Source of the DNA: Paraglomus brasilianum
Taxonomy: Eukaryota
Assembly (NCBI GenBank): GCA_910592345.1
Contig: CAJVPI010000153.1
Span: 1-48,158, forward strand
Direction: 5' to 3'
Length of the DNA: 48,158 nucleotides
Each line of letters opens with the position of its first letter. Position 1 is the first letter of the stretch. The translations under genes and the position numbers were made by a program. The notes below the pieces were generated by a model. That model was not told where the DNA came from, made no database searches, and was given only the letters and a program-made list of their open reading frames with translations. This document shows positions 12,018 through 25,096 of this stretch, one piece after another.

Positions 12018-13067
12018 TCACTTTCGGTTGCAATATTCATTCTCATTTTCCTCCTCATAAGTTCCAACAATCAACGTTTCGCCAATTCTCTCCCGGATCC
12101 AACCCTTCACGTTCTCTTCAACCACCAATTCCATATGTACTTCCTGGAAAATATCTACAGACCTTGTCTTTTTAAATCCCAACTTTGTAAATAACTGCAA
12201 AGACGGATGGTTCTTCATGGATATTTTGGCCACGAGTTTCATAATCCCAAGCGTGTATATTGCGTAATGAAAGAGAAGAAGGAGAGAGTTTGTTGCGAGA
12301 CCAGAATTGCGGGCTGTTGGGTCTACAAAAATGTGTTGCAATGAGGGAAAGTTTGGTGAATGTGTGAGATGACGAATGGAGTCTGTTCCATAGTATAGAT
12401 TCGGCTCAAGTCACTTTTCTTACCTGCGATCATAACTTCTACCTCCGCAATGGACCTATCATGGGGATCGTTCAAGAACAAATTCACGTCTCCTACCATC
12501 TCTGATGAATCGCCACAGTAAGCCTTATATATAGTCGTTTCTCGCAACAAAGATCTATGCACATGGAACGTTTTGTCGTCATGAACTCACTCGAAATCCT
12601 TGTCAGTTCGCGCAAGCTACCGTTAGAGCCGTCTGATTTCTTGAGTACGATAAACGTAAGTTCTGCGCATGTGATAAGAATGGCATGACTCTTTTTCGAC
12701 AAACACATCCCATTTTGCATCCCCCCACCCTCACCCATCCCATTTTGCATCCCCCCACCCTCACCCATCCCCCTCTGTCTTCTCTCCCGACAAGCACAAC
12801 ATACTATCATCGTCAATCAACCAACTCTGCTGCATTTCATATTCTTGCTCAATGGTAAGCGGTTCCGAAGCAGTTAGTTCTTGTATCTCTTTCGATTGCA
12901 TCCATTCGTGGTAGGCAAGGACATGTTCACGACGATATGGGACTAGTATAACTTTATTTCCAGACTTGATTGAAAAGGTGAAATTTAAATGTGAGACATT
13001 TATGAATCGAATTGGCTTGAGAGAAACGATCGATACCTACTATGACTAGATTTTCGTTTATCCGCAT
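12018..13067 (-). CDS. NAT9: GNAT N-acetyltransferase 9. Exons 13067-13041, 12964-12805, 12662-12591, 12501-12424, 12322-12018
   Basis: Spliced: MRINENLVISGNKVILVPYRREHVLAYHEWMQ..ELTASEPLTIEQEYEMQQSW..DDDKLTFIVL..MVGDVNLFL..AEVEVMIA..AKISMKNHPSLQLFTKLGF..IFQEV; GT-AG introns with consistent phase. Confidence 0.92.
12706..12771. repeat. 30-bp tandem duplication inside NAT9 intron 2
   Basis: CATCCCATTTTGCATCCCCCCACCCTCACC x2.2. Confidence 0.9.
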
Positions 13068-16000
13068 ATTCTTTTGCGGTTTGGATATCAATCAGATTTG
13101 TCTGTGTTGTTCAGTGTCACATCTATTATTATTATTGGCCAATGTTAGTTAGGTCAGCTGTTGTCTCCTGATTGGACGGAATGTTTACAACACGTGATAC
13201 TATAGGTATATGGTATTGCTCGGCAAAATGCTTTGAAATTACGATCTATTATCAAACCGACCACATATTATCCAAGACTGTCAGCTTAAAAACGGTCAAA
13301 ATATTTACAACCAGCTCCGCATTTCAATACCGTTGATATTTATGCACGTATACTTTTGTTTGCGACTTTAATACATAGAGCCAAATTAGAACACTTAGAC
13401 AGTCCACGCATTTTGTTTAGAAAGTCGATATTAATTTGAACAGGTTTCATAATCGGGCCAATTAGTTTAAAATCTACAGTGGGTTGTAAAAGTGCCAGAT
13501 TTACTAGTGGGGGTTGACAATTACGTTATATGCAATGATTAATGTTGCAGGTTGAATAACATATACAGTACTCCTATATACAGTATAAGATGCACTTACT
13601 ATATCACTCTTCGAATCTTTGCGTTAAAGAGGCTAATTGTTTAAATTATTCACGTAATAAATCAGTATGTTTTGACTGTGTATTTATGTTGTTTGCCTAT
13701 AGTTTTTGTCTATAATACATATTCATATGCCGCGTTTTTGCTCAAATTTATTAAATAAACGGAATCGAGAACACACAAACTGATTCTTGTTTTCATTTGT
13801 CTCGTTTAACAAAATTTAATTAGAGTGTCAATTAACTTTGCGCGATTAAATTCTCGGATTGTGGTAAATGTAACCGGTTATAAATCAACATTAGCGTAAT
13901 TTATATGTGCTAATATGCTATGTATGATATGCCTAATGGTCAATTCGAGATATTCGTGTAAACTTATTACACGGCAATTGTGAATTAATAATTAAATACA
14001 GAAAAGTCGAAAATTATCTATAAGCTCGGGAGCAATCTAGTGAAAATTGAGTGATGATAATAATAATAATCAAAAAGTTACTACAAACCTAAAGATAATA
14101 TCGCTTTTGTGGAAGGTATTATAGCTACTATCAATGATTCGAAATTAACTTTTCTAGAGATGTATTCTCGTCTGTCAGTTGCAACACCGTGATTCTTTCG
14201 GGTAATTGTCGTAACAAGAATGTGCTCTTTACACAATGACGACGACCATCACGTCAAAGACAAGTTGAAAACATTAGCTCCTGGAACACCCGTGTTGCCT
14301 ATTCTTTCGGTGATTATTGCATGTTGAAGCCAAGTGGGCAACTTGACTTTCTTCATCGTCCATAGATCTCACTTTACAAAGAATGTTCTCTGTCGCCGTT
14401 CTACTTCAGCATAACTAGGCGTAATCATCATACTTGCAAATCGAAGGCATATAACCATCTAACCGTTCCTTAACTAGCTCTAATAAAATAATCGACCTCT
14501 CAAAATCGAAGTTTCTCGCTGAATAGTCTACTACTAGACGTTATTACTTCGAGAGGGAGGAAGCGGGTAATTCCTGTCGGTGTCCTTTCATGTTCTGTTA
14601 TCTTGCAAATGTGCTGAGCCAATTCCTTGACCGCTTTTGGCTAGGCATCTTCTTGTTTATTGTGTTTGGCTTCCTTTTTATGAGCAATTTTAAGGGTATC
14701 AAATTAGTTTTAGACGGATACTAATTATAATACATGATTAAAATTAACACCCGTATCATAAGAATTAACTCACCTTTTTCGCTTCCCGCTACTCTTCTGT
14801 TATGTTTGTTATGTTGTGTTTTTGTTCTTTATAGTGCAAACCAGCTCTGAGCTCTTTCTTGCTTCCGTCCGGTTATGCTTCAAGCTTTCTCAACTTCAAT
14901 AGTCGTCTATTTCATTGTGTGCAAACCTTAGCAGTGGGTGTGAGCGGTTTACCAAAAGAATATTACTTGAGACAGTTATTAAAGCAGTTTAGTTGTATTA
15001 GTTAGTTCGTAAATAGGAAAAGTCGACTATTTGAATGTCATTCATAAGTCATAAATTAAGCCTTTGTAACTAAACCGACGACTTTTAGATTATTCATTGT
15101 GTTATTAACATCGGTAACTTTTGGTCGTTCCGACCAGCGTTAATCAAGAGAGGTACAAGTCTCTGCATTTATACTATAAAATAAGTTGATTGAATTAAAT
15201 CCGATTAGCTGCCATTATGGTTGCGTTTTATTACAAACCAAACAGACAGTAATAGACTACCTTACCAGTAATGAATTTCTATCATGGACTGTAAAGATGA
15301 CATAACTAACTGCTTAAAATGTTGAGAAATCTCTTCGTTTCTTCTGTCTAGTCGTAGATGTTATAAAATCTATGACAAATGACAAACAAACCATTAGCGG
15401 CTTAGTGACTTGGCCAAACGTGACTCGAATTTTCATATTATCGGAATCTGCAAACAAGCGAGGGTATTATCCCTGATACTAGACCCTTTGACGAGATAAA
15501 ACTTTTCTTCTACAAAGCATAAACTGTGGGAAGAAAGGATAAATTTGGAAATGTGTGACTTTATTGTCAGGGTTTGCTTTCTCTTCTCAGAGCATAACAG
15601 GGTTGTAACACCATTTTTGTCATTGAACCCTGCAAATTTGTGGGGGTTAAAAAAACTTTTTATTTATGTAATATAAAGTGTGGATTATAAAAATCACGTT
15701 ATGTTTGGTGTATGACTATCATATGATGTATTTTTGATCGTATGATTTTGTCAGATCAAATGATTTTCATACCTGCATGTTTGGGACCATACGATTAAAA
15801 CCTGCCGAATATGTACATAACATAGTGTTAACATATTTAATGTAATAATCCCATCAATATAATCGTTTAAAAGTTGAAGCCGAGTAACCCGAATATTAAT
15901 CGCGCAGCTTCAAGTAGGCGTTTCAAACTTGAACTTACTGAATGGAAACTAGCTTTAAATCTAACCTAACGATTAACAACTTGTCCGACGTGAAAATTTA

Positions 16001-17848
16001 TGTATACGACAAGATTTGAAGAAAAAAAAAGGTTATTTAATTTAGAATGCTTGTATAAAAAAAAAGTCTGTTTATTTAGAACAGGAAATGGCGATATAAG
16101 CAGACAACTGACACATGGAATTCTCAACCGGGTTATTGGACAAAGTATGTAACGGTAACTGAACACACGTTACACGCGGATTGTTGCAACAGTAATTAAT
16201 ATTCTGTATATTGTATCTCTGTTGTGTGAGTTCAAGACCGTCTCAGTTAGGAACCCACTCACTCAGTCCGGAACTCAGACACTCAGAACTGAGACAGGTC
16301 CCCAACTGAGGTACAACGCTCTATACGTCATACGCTAAATGTTGCTGGCGGACTGTAAACAATTCTAAATAATAGCACATTGATAAACTTTTTTGGAGAA
16401 GCAGTTACAGAATTCTTTCATAGTCTCAGATATTCAAAATTATTCTTAATGTTGAAATTGGACAAGTGAAAATTAATCCCTATAATAATTGAAAACAATT
16501 ACAAGAATGCATATTATCTGCTTAGTCTATGAACAAGTCTCCCTTTCTTTCCTCTGTTTACCGCGTTATTTTTAAATAAACAACTTTTTCTAAATTTACT
16601 GGTAAAGAGGGAAAGAGACTTCTACCAAATTGTAATTCCATCTTTAATAACGATTATAGAATAATAAAGAATGGGTGTTCTGATCTGTCAAAGAAGACGT
16701 ATACCTTATGTGACGTTAGATCAGGGTAGTGTATAGAATGTTCGCGTTACTTTAGAAGTTTGTCTCTCTGAAAGAAAGATTTCTGAACAATAAACAATAA
16801 ACTTTAGAGTGTCCAAGCAATATCGAAGAGGATAATCAGAAGGCGATAGCCCCCAAGCGTAATAATGCCGGATAGAAAAGCTCGAAAGAAAAAGGAGAAA
16901 GAGCGAGAGTCCGGAACACGTAATAATGGGAGAAATTGATAACTGATGCTGGTGCTGTCGGTCGCAATGACTTTCGTAAAGGCTATGGTTACAAACGATA
17001 ATCCAACCAATTGCTTCGTATGTTTAGTATTAACGCCGAGGTAATTTTGTAAATTTGCCCCTTGCTGAGCGTAGTATTAGTCTGTCTGGATGGATAACTT
17101 CGTTTAGCAGAATCTTTCTATATATAGCGGGACGTTTCATGCACGTGCTTGTTCTAATTTTGCCTCTTTCACTGTGCACAAAAAGACGGGTCTCAAAAAA
17201 AAAAAAAGATTCTTTTCTACATACTTCTTTGATTCAAACTGGTTTTTTGGGTCACATACCAAATAATGCAAACATTGCGTTAGTCATGCATTAGTTGCAA
17301 ATAACAGGTGAGAGTGTTTGTATCCATCAAACTGTTTACGGCTTTCTAGCTCTGATTTTCTGGAAAAACACGAAATAACAGTTGTTTTTCTTATCGTCTT
17401 CTAGCAAGAAGTTCTTTACTCTTCCAAATTCCAAGTATAATTTTACCATCGTCCACCCTCCAATGCCTACATTTGGATTTTTGGTCACTTTCATCCTAAG
17501 CCGATGTTGTTATTTTTACGAGAACTGGATATGATGGCTTTTCTCATGTCACAAGCGGTTTCATCAAGTAGTTAATTGACGAATCAAATACCCGATACGC
17601 TTGGTAAACATTACTTTCATCCAAGACTTTCCTGTGTCTGGAAATACTGTATCTTTAATTAATGAGCTACCACCGTTTGCAAAAGATTTGTAACTGCTAT
17701 GAAAGTGCCCGCGAAAAACTTAAAGAATATGATTCACACATGCACAGATGACGGGAAACTGCAAGTTCTTTGGCAACAATTCTCGATACTAACGGAACGA
17801 TTTAACATAGGCCATCCTCGTTCTTTCAGTAGTGGGGCACATCGAAAT

Positions 17849-20370
17849 TAGTCATCCGCGGTTAGCAGAAACCGTTAGTAGACTCTGCGGTACGTTGAGT
17901 GATGTATTATTATGAATAGTACGATTCCTTGGAAGACTTCGACCGTTCAGCAAGTGGACCCGATGTGAAGACAGCCAATTTCTTTATTCCTGTAAGTTGC
18001 CGCCATTAGAACTTTTCACCAAGAACGCAATTAATTTGCTAGCGTGCTAATACTAAATGCATTTTACTCAGACTAAGACATGAATAATAGATGTTGATCG
18101 GACTGTAACGAGCAGGGCATAGCGTCAACTCTAACAATAATTATCAGCTTACTCTTGTCATAAAATGCTCATCTACCAATTTCTTGCTTTTTTGCCAATT
18201 TGTATTTAGTATTAGATGGTTCTAAGCTATGAACCAGCGGGTTGAATGCCTTGAACAGTAATTATTAGTATATGGTTAATGCACAAATGCACCCAATTTC
18301 ACGAATTACATAATTATCATACGAAAGAGCGCGGGGGACAATATGATTCCGTTTCTCGAAGGTTATAATGGATAGTAGTGATTGCTATAGTGGTCAATTG
18401 TATGTAACTTCGCGTCTGCATTTAATGACGATGATATCAATTACGGCTTATGCCATCATACACAAGGTAGCAACCAGAATCTCCAGATCACGACAACCAA
18501 TCGAACATGATGGTATTACTGCAATGACCAACTTACTATATCTTGCGAGACCAAACAACTACAATCGACTATAAACAATTGATAGTGCTGCCTATAAAGA
18601 AGGTTTCCAAACAGTGGTGTACCTATATACATCTGCATCGTTTGAATTAGCTCAGTGTTTACGAAGCGTAAGCAAAAAAGAAAAAGAATTTCTAATTTGT
18701 ATTATCTCTTTATAGGAGGATAATCAATTCCCCCTTCTTCCAAAATCAATGTCGACTTCGTTTGATATCGATTTCATAGTCACAATAACATTGTCTGGAA
18801 AAAATTTTGACATGGGTAGGTGCTTCTTTTCGGAATCATAATTCCGTTGCGCCAGATGCTAGCTACCAGTTATTTTGCGAGGCAATGTTTGTTGTACTAG
18901 GTACGTTTAACGTTTGATAATACGAATTAGTTATCAAGGAGTAACAAAAGTGGTCTGGCAACTAATAAACAATTGGCCGAAATTGCGAGAACAAAAAGTC
19001 TATAACTCATCCATGCAATATCAATAAGGTGATAAACTTCAGCAACTTATGACCATCCCTCCACAGATTTATTGCTTTACTTCTAAACTCTCAGATTCTG
19101 AAATGCAGACATTCACGAGAGATATTAATTCTCTTTTCCGTATTATTGCGTTCTTCTCACTTATCCCACTTGCAACTGCATCTATTGTCGATGACTCTTA
19201 TACGTCTTACCAAGATTTATACGACGCAATTCTTACTACGCTTTTCCCAATAACCTTTGTCGTGCTGTTAAATGTCTCGGGAAAACCTGGGTCGATGAAA
19301 AAGAAGCTGTTGCCACTGTTGGACGATATATTGTACAATACAGTCACTTGGGTTATTCCATTAACGGTGTCATTTGCCTACGGTGATGAGCTGGCTGTAA
19401 AAATATTTTCAATTGTAAACATGTGTTTACATGTTGTTTGTGCAGTGGCTGCATTAATCAAATGGCAGCAAATTGGTGATGCCAATCGTAGTGATGATGG
19501 TATATGGGCTGGCATAATACTCTTTTTGACATTATTCCCCGTTTTAGTAATTCCAATATTCTGGATTACTTACTTGGTGATTAATCATATGGTTGCTTCA
19601 ATTAACTTGTCATTTATTGTTTTGTTTGGAATTTTGTTGGCTTTAACATCCATCCTTATAATCGTGTTCAATTGTGTTAAAGATGATAAGACAACCGATA
19701 CAATACATATTATTCTTATCGTAGTCTGCTTTTATACCCCAAACATTTTGCAAACATTATTGATTTTGCTAATGTGGCCAATCAATTTTTATTTTGTAAA
19801 AACATGCGTTTTTGTATTAGTACTGTCTTTAACTAGAAATATATCTTACTTTACTGATGAGGTACCAAACGATTTTTTGGCAACTTCAACAGCGTTTGTT
19901 CAATATGTAATTCGTGATACTATAGATAGAACGAGAAGTAAGAATGTAGATGAACCAATAAATATGAATCTAGTATGAATGTACATCCTTCCCTACCGAA
20001 GTCTTTCGGCAAGTCTTGAAATTACTAGTAAAAACATACAGTATATGAAAAAACTTTTTTTCGCAAATCTTTATACGACGACTGTGAAAACTGGCGAAAG
20101 CAAGCATTTATGCTTTCAAAAACTTGTGCTTGAGAGAGCGATTATTAAGCGTGTCTGGGACAAAAACCAACTTCACTTAGCATAATAATATGTAGTTGCT
20201 TTGCTTAGCAGTACCAGAGAAACAAGGTGAAAGTGACCGATTACAGAGCGATTATACGATCATGAGCAATTATGAGCAATTGCATAGACAAATACACATA
20301 CACATATTATTACAACTAAGTAACCCGCGTTTCTTCCAGTGAACAGACGGTCTATTAATCAGCAAGATGC
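17849..20370 (+). repeat. Duplicated block copy B (upstream region, gene, ~390 bp downstream)
   Basis: Upstream part is an inverted match to 1-1158; gene and flanks are an inverted match to 45964-47404; extra ~250 bp at ~17972-18223 relative to copy A. Confidence 0.95.
19103..19978 (+). CDS. Uncharacterised multi-pass membrane protein (291 aa; signal-like N-terminus plus ~7 hydrophobic segments), copy B
   Basis: Intronless ORF. ATG 19103 is conserved in all three copies, whereas the ATG at 19049 is ACG in copies A and C; paralogue at 46346-47197. Confidence 0.88.
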   Translation: MQTFTRDINSLFRIIAFFSLIPLATASIVDDSYTSYQDLYDAILTTLFPITFVVLLNVSGKPGSMKKKLLPLLDDILYNTVTWVIPLTVSFAYGDELAVKIFSIVNMCLHVVCAVAALIKWQQIGDANRSDDGIWAGIILFLTLFPVLVIPIFWITYLVINHMVASINLSFIVLFGILLALTSILIIVFNCVKDDKTTDTIHIILIVVCFYTPNILQTLLILLMWPINFYFVKTCVFVLVLSLTRNISYFTDEVPNDFLATSTAFVQYVIRDTIDRTRSKNVDEPINMNLV

Positions 20371-20442
20371 CAAAGAATATTAGGTAAAGATGTCACCTCA
20401 AATAAGAGAGCTTTTAAGGGTTTCTCGCTCTAGTATTTGGCT

Positions 20443-20840
20443 GAACCCTTCAATATAAGAAAGACTATGAAATTTTATAAATGTAGAATATTGTGAGACT
20501 CTCTCTGCATAATAATTGGTCTCTTAACGCGCATCAATACTGTTTTATATAAATAATATTCTGTTTTATCAATCAGTCAAATAACGGCATTAAGGTAGTT
20601 GAGTCTTTTTGTTCGGATTCTATGTTATTTTAAGAAAGACGTGGTAAGTGGCAGCATTAATTGGAAAAACAAGTAATTCTAGATAGATATATCTGTAATA
20701 AGAATAGTGTAAATAAACTTTTGCTATAAAAAAGACTTATTCCCATAAATAAGGACAGTCATATATCGAGTGACTTTTGATATAAGAAATTTTAATATAA
20801 GAAAGAAATCCGACTACTTTCTTATATCGAGAGCCATTTG
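20443..20840 (+). mobile_element. Degenerate pogo-type element right end, same family as the 3830 MITE
   Basis: 20767-20840 is a C>T-mutated copy of the MITE (...TTCTTATATCGAGAGCCATTTG|TA); GAACCCTTCAATATAAGAAAG at 20443; frameshifted peptide ending EKQVILDRYI (~20661-20693) resembles a pogo transposase C-terminal PIP box. Confidence 0.65.
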
Positions 20841-20841
20841 T

Positions 20842-22009
20842 ATAATATTTAATAAAATACTATAGTCTAACATATAGTCTTTATTTTCACCTCTCAACTA
20901 TCTAATATTAGGTAGCTGATGTTAAAACTAGCTGTTGCATGTATGTGTAGCTTGAAAATAAAGTCTCACACTGATTTCAAGGTAAGCAGCAAATGACATA
21001 AACTGTCATTGAATCTGTAATCTGACCTAATACTAATATTAGTTATAACATCTCACAGATGATCCTGGTATCCTGGATGGTAGCTTCATCCTGGATGAAT
21101 GCATTATGAGGTATGAGTTTTTTTATATTTATTCTGTTAATTAGATTTCGTTTTAATCCTATTCTATCATCTGGGCCAAAGCTCTGCTACTCAAGATAGA
21201 GCAAAAATGCTGAGAGTGGCTTTGTTGCTCAGTTCAGGAGGCATGACAACTGATATATCCACACTGTTTCAATTCAGCTTTTCATATTCAATGACTAGTG
21301 AGGCAATACTAATACCATACCAGAATATCAGGGAAAAAGGTATACAGTTGAAAGGATTGTCCCTCTCTTCAAGGCAATCCAGTTCATATTAATAGAGACT
21401 ATATCTTGCTCCAGAAGCAATTGAATTATAAATGCTTGTAAGATGGAGCTAAGGTGTGTGGCAGCTTGATAGATTAATGAAGTTTTTATATTTATAATTC
21501 TTGCAATATAATAACCAGTATTATTCTTGAATACAAAGTGGCCAAAATTGCCTGCCAACAGACAAATTGGTAGAAAATCTATCTTGGAGCTCATAGATAA
21601 AGGGCTATTCCAGCCTATTCTAATCATGAGCTATTCTCCATGATTCTTCTACTAATGAAGACAGTGATTGTTTTATCAATCTGTATTAGTATATATACCA
21701 AGTTAAAAATTCTGTCAAATTCACATAGTAAAATAATATTATGCTTCAAGTTGAGAAAGATGCTCTTGTGATTCTCAATTAGAAGCTATCCATTCACTAT
21801 TAGTGTTAGAAGGAATATAGAATATATTGAAAAAATATTGTGCATCATTGACCAACTCCATTTTATAAGTTTCTGATATGTTTTTATTTTCTGAGGAATC
21901 AAACCTAAATGTTTATTCTCAATAGGTGTATTATCATTCTGTAAACTGTTCCAAACAAGTGTGTATTAGTTGGCTGTGCCTAAAGTTTTGAAAAGCAGTT
22001 TGTATAATT
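20842..22009 (-). pseudogene. CpG-depleted decayed coding relic, probably repeat- or TE-derived
   Basis: I counted only one CpG (21149) in ~1.15 kb; minus-strand peptide fragments such as ELQDRFSTNLSVGRQFWPLCIQE and NSVDISVVMPPELSN are broken by stops. Confidence 0.55.
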
Positions 22010-22732
22010 CGTGCATGACCATCTTGAGATAACAGTCCCAACGATTTGAATTAAATCACAATTTCAATGTACACATACCAATACCGGCCAAAAAAAAGTG
22101 TTTACTAGTAAAGCATAATAAAATTTCGTAAATCTTTATCTTCGACGTAAGCTTTTATTTTTCGCTCAACATTTTTATACAACGTCTCGTGTGGTCTAAC
22201 AATTGATAAAGTATCATATTGTCTTTCAGTCTCAAAGAGTTCAATCATTAGTACCATAATAATTGTAGATACACGACTCTATATATTTCATATCATATCC
22301 AGGACGATTGTTAAACTGAGTTTCACTATTTAGCTTTTTATTAATATTTGGAATAATTATAAGAGATGTACTCGATCATGTGCCCGATAAATAATCCGCA
22401 AAACCCACAAGTGAGTTTATAAGTGGCTTGGGGTTCGTTTTCCACCCGATCCTTGAAGTCGCGTTAAATGGCGGATAAGATATGCGCGCGACATTCCCTT
22501 TACTAAGTACTTGTTCATTATTTATATAGATATGTGCGGTTTCTTGACCCACAATAACAAATATGGTCCAGACCCACAAATATTTTTACATCGTATTCGC
22601 AAACGAATCGATAAGGCGGAAGGCAGAAGAACTCTTGATGGATTGGCAGGAAAGTACATGCAGACATTACTCATGTTTTATGAATAAAGGATAAAGGTGA
22701 ATCTCACCTGAAAGAGATATTGGTTGGTGAGG

Positions 22733-22841
22733 ACAAGTCACACTGCTTGCGAGGGGTGTGATGATGGGTTGCGATTCCGTTCTTACCAGCTGTCTTCAGC
22801 AACAAGTCACATTGCTTGCGAGGTTGGGTGATGGGTTGCGA
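22733..22841. repeat. ~40-bp imperfect direct repeat
   Basis: ACAAGTCACA(C/T)TGCTTGCGAGG...TGATGGGTTGCGA at 22733 and 22802. Confidence 0.8.
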
Positions 22842-25096
22842 CTTGCATTGCCCCTTGAACCAAACTGTTGTAATCTTTCTTTCTTTCTTTCTTTAGATCT
22901 TAGATCATTGCATAATAACAACATTGTTAATACATATGTTTGATAAGCGGTGTAATCCTGAAAGACACAAATAATAGTCCGTTGTTCAAGAGTTATTGCT
23001 CACTATCTTTGGAGGTATCGGCATTAGAAAAATGCGCGGACCCTCCAAAAAGGAACACAAGATAAAAAGGACGTCTCCCATACATGAGCAACCCGGGTCT
23101 TGTGACATTGTTTTGTTTTTGTGCTATCGCTAGCGGCAAGACTGTGCATATTAAACATGCCCAAGCGCAAATTTAGGTAATTAGGCTGAATCTTTTGAAT
23201 AAGCATAATTGTTTGCAATATTTTGTCTAGTTGGGATGCACCCACAATTTTTGTAGAAAACCGATTTTCCTCGAGTATTCATTCACATTTTTGTCGAATA
23301 ACAATATTTTTAAGATTAAAGGGAGGTTTCTGTTAACACCAATTCATGCTGTTTCCATAATCAGATTATTTACATCGGACAGCAATCTTATCATGCTTAT
23401 CAAAGCATTGCACAAGTTCGCAGGATAACTTGTTTATTAATTGTTTGCTATTAAGGGATAAGTCTATGCAGAAGGGTGTTTTATGTCGTAATGCCCCGAG
23501 TTATTTTAGATGACAAGCCCCCCTACATGATCTTTTGATGTGTGAGAGCTTCTCATTACAAGCTACAAGCACGAATGAATGCCGTCTCATTTTCATGAGA
23601 GTGTGCAGCGAGTAATGAGACGTGGAGCCTTAAATGGCATACTAATACGCCATTGGCCAAACCGCCTTTCAGTTTCCATTTGCCAAGGAACGGGACCATT
23701 ATAAATATGTTTCATTGTGAGGTTTGCGCCAAACCGAAAGAATGATTACCTGACGTCATTGTACTAATATTGGGTATATTACACAAACATTTTACTTTCA
23801 ATGTGTTTATATAGTATGTGTTTATTCGGACGAGATAACCGCGAGAAAAGCGGCAAGATTACGCACACAACGCCACAACGCATGCAAAAACAACCCTTTC
23901 CAATTAACAAATTACTATATTTACAAGGTGTTAGTAATAATAATATATATAATATCAAACATATCAACAAATATAACAAATATCAATAGGCACCCAATGA
24001 GGAACGAATTAAATAGCTGGATACGACCAGCATACGTTATTTGACATAGTACATTTAAATGTTTTTCGTAACACAAAGTTCAGATAAACGAATATAGATA
24101 AAAAAAAAGATAACTAAAAATGAAAACTTAACAATTCTTCCCAATGAATTAAAATTGAAGGGTAAATGATATAGAGTACTACTAATCTTGGCCAGTTGGG
24201 CATAAATCGTTACATGATGGCATTCTGAAAGACCCTTCTCATCAAAATAAAAATAAAATTTGAAGCCATATGTATGAAAGCTATACGTAATCATTCATTC
24301 TTTCCAGACAGACCAAAGTAAAAACATAATTGGGAAAAAAGCAAAATAGCGTGAAAAACAAGCGAAAGAAATCAAAGGGGGTAGTAAATGTGTGTTTGTG
24401 TGTTCCATCATACAATAAAAAAAAAGATCTTATGAACTTTAATGTGAGCAGCCGAAAGATAAAGATTAAACATAAAAAAAGAAGAGGCCTTTTTGTGTCA
24501 CTGATTTGATGATAGGATGAACAGTACGAGTAGTTAATAATATATGATAATTAAAGGAAAAATAGAGAATAGTTCAGTATCATATATTTGTCACCGAAAA
24601 CGAAAATGTTGAAAACATTTTCGATAAACCGACAATCGATCTTAGTTTTCTCTCTTCTTCTCTTTATAATCTCTCTCACTCTCCATGATCATAGAATTCA
24701 TCACTTACTCGAAGAACGAATTTCCAACGGGCGCTTCTTATCTCCTTTAACGTTTCGTCATCCGCGATTTGAATTTTTTTTGTTGAATGCTTATTCGGTT
24801 AATAAAAATAAATTCTTATATAATCATAGTGATATAAATTATTGGTGTTTTGCAGATGAAAGGAAGAGGAAGTAGAAAATAAAGTTTTTGAAAAAAAAAA
24901 TTTTGTCCTAGCGCATTACAGATCCTTTATATATACACATATATAAATATATACATATATATATATTCACTCACTCTAATGTATCATTGTCCATGCGTAA
25001 CAACCCTCCTTTACAATCTGCTCCATAGTCTCTCTCCAGTCTCATTACACTCTTTCTCTCCATAGCCACTCCTCGTCTTCACTTTTTTTTTTGTTC

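Noticed and set aside
12493..12816. ORFs with GMGEGGGMQN repeats
   Set aside because: Translation of the 30-bp tandem repeat inside a NAT9 intron.
13475..13493. TACAGTGGGTTGTAAAAGT, similar to a Tc1 TIR start
   Set aside because: No matching second TIR found.
19049..19102. Longer N-terminus MTIPPQIY... for the TM protein
   Set aside because: This ATG is ACG in copies A and C; ATG 19103 is shared by all three.
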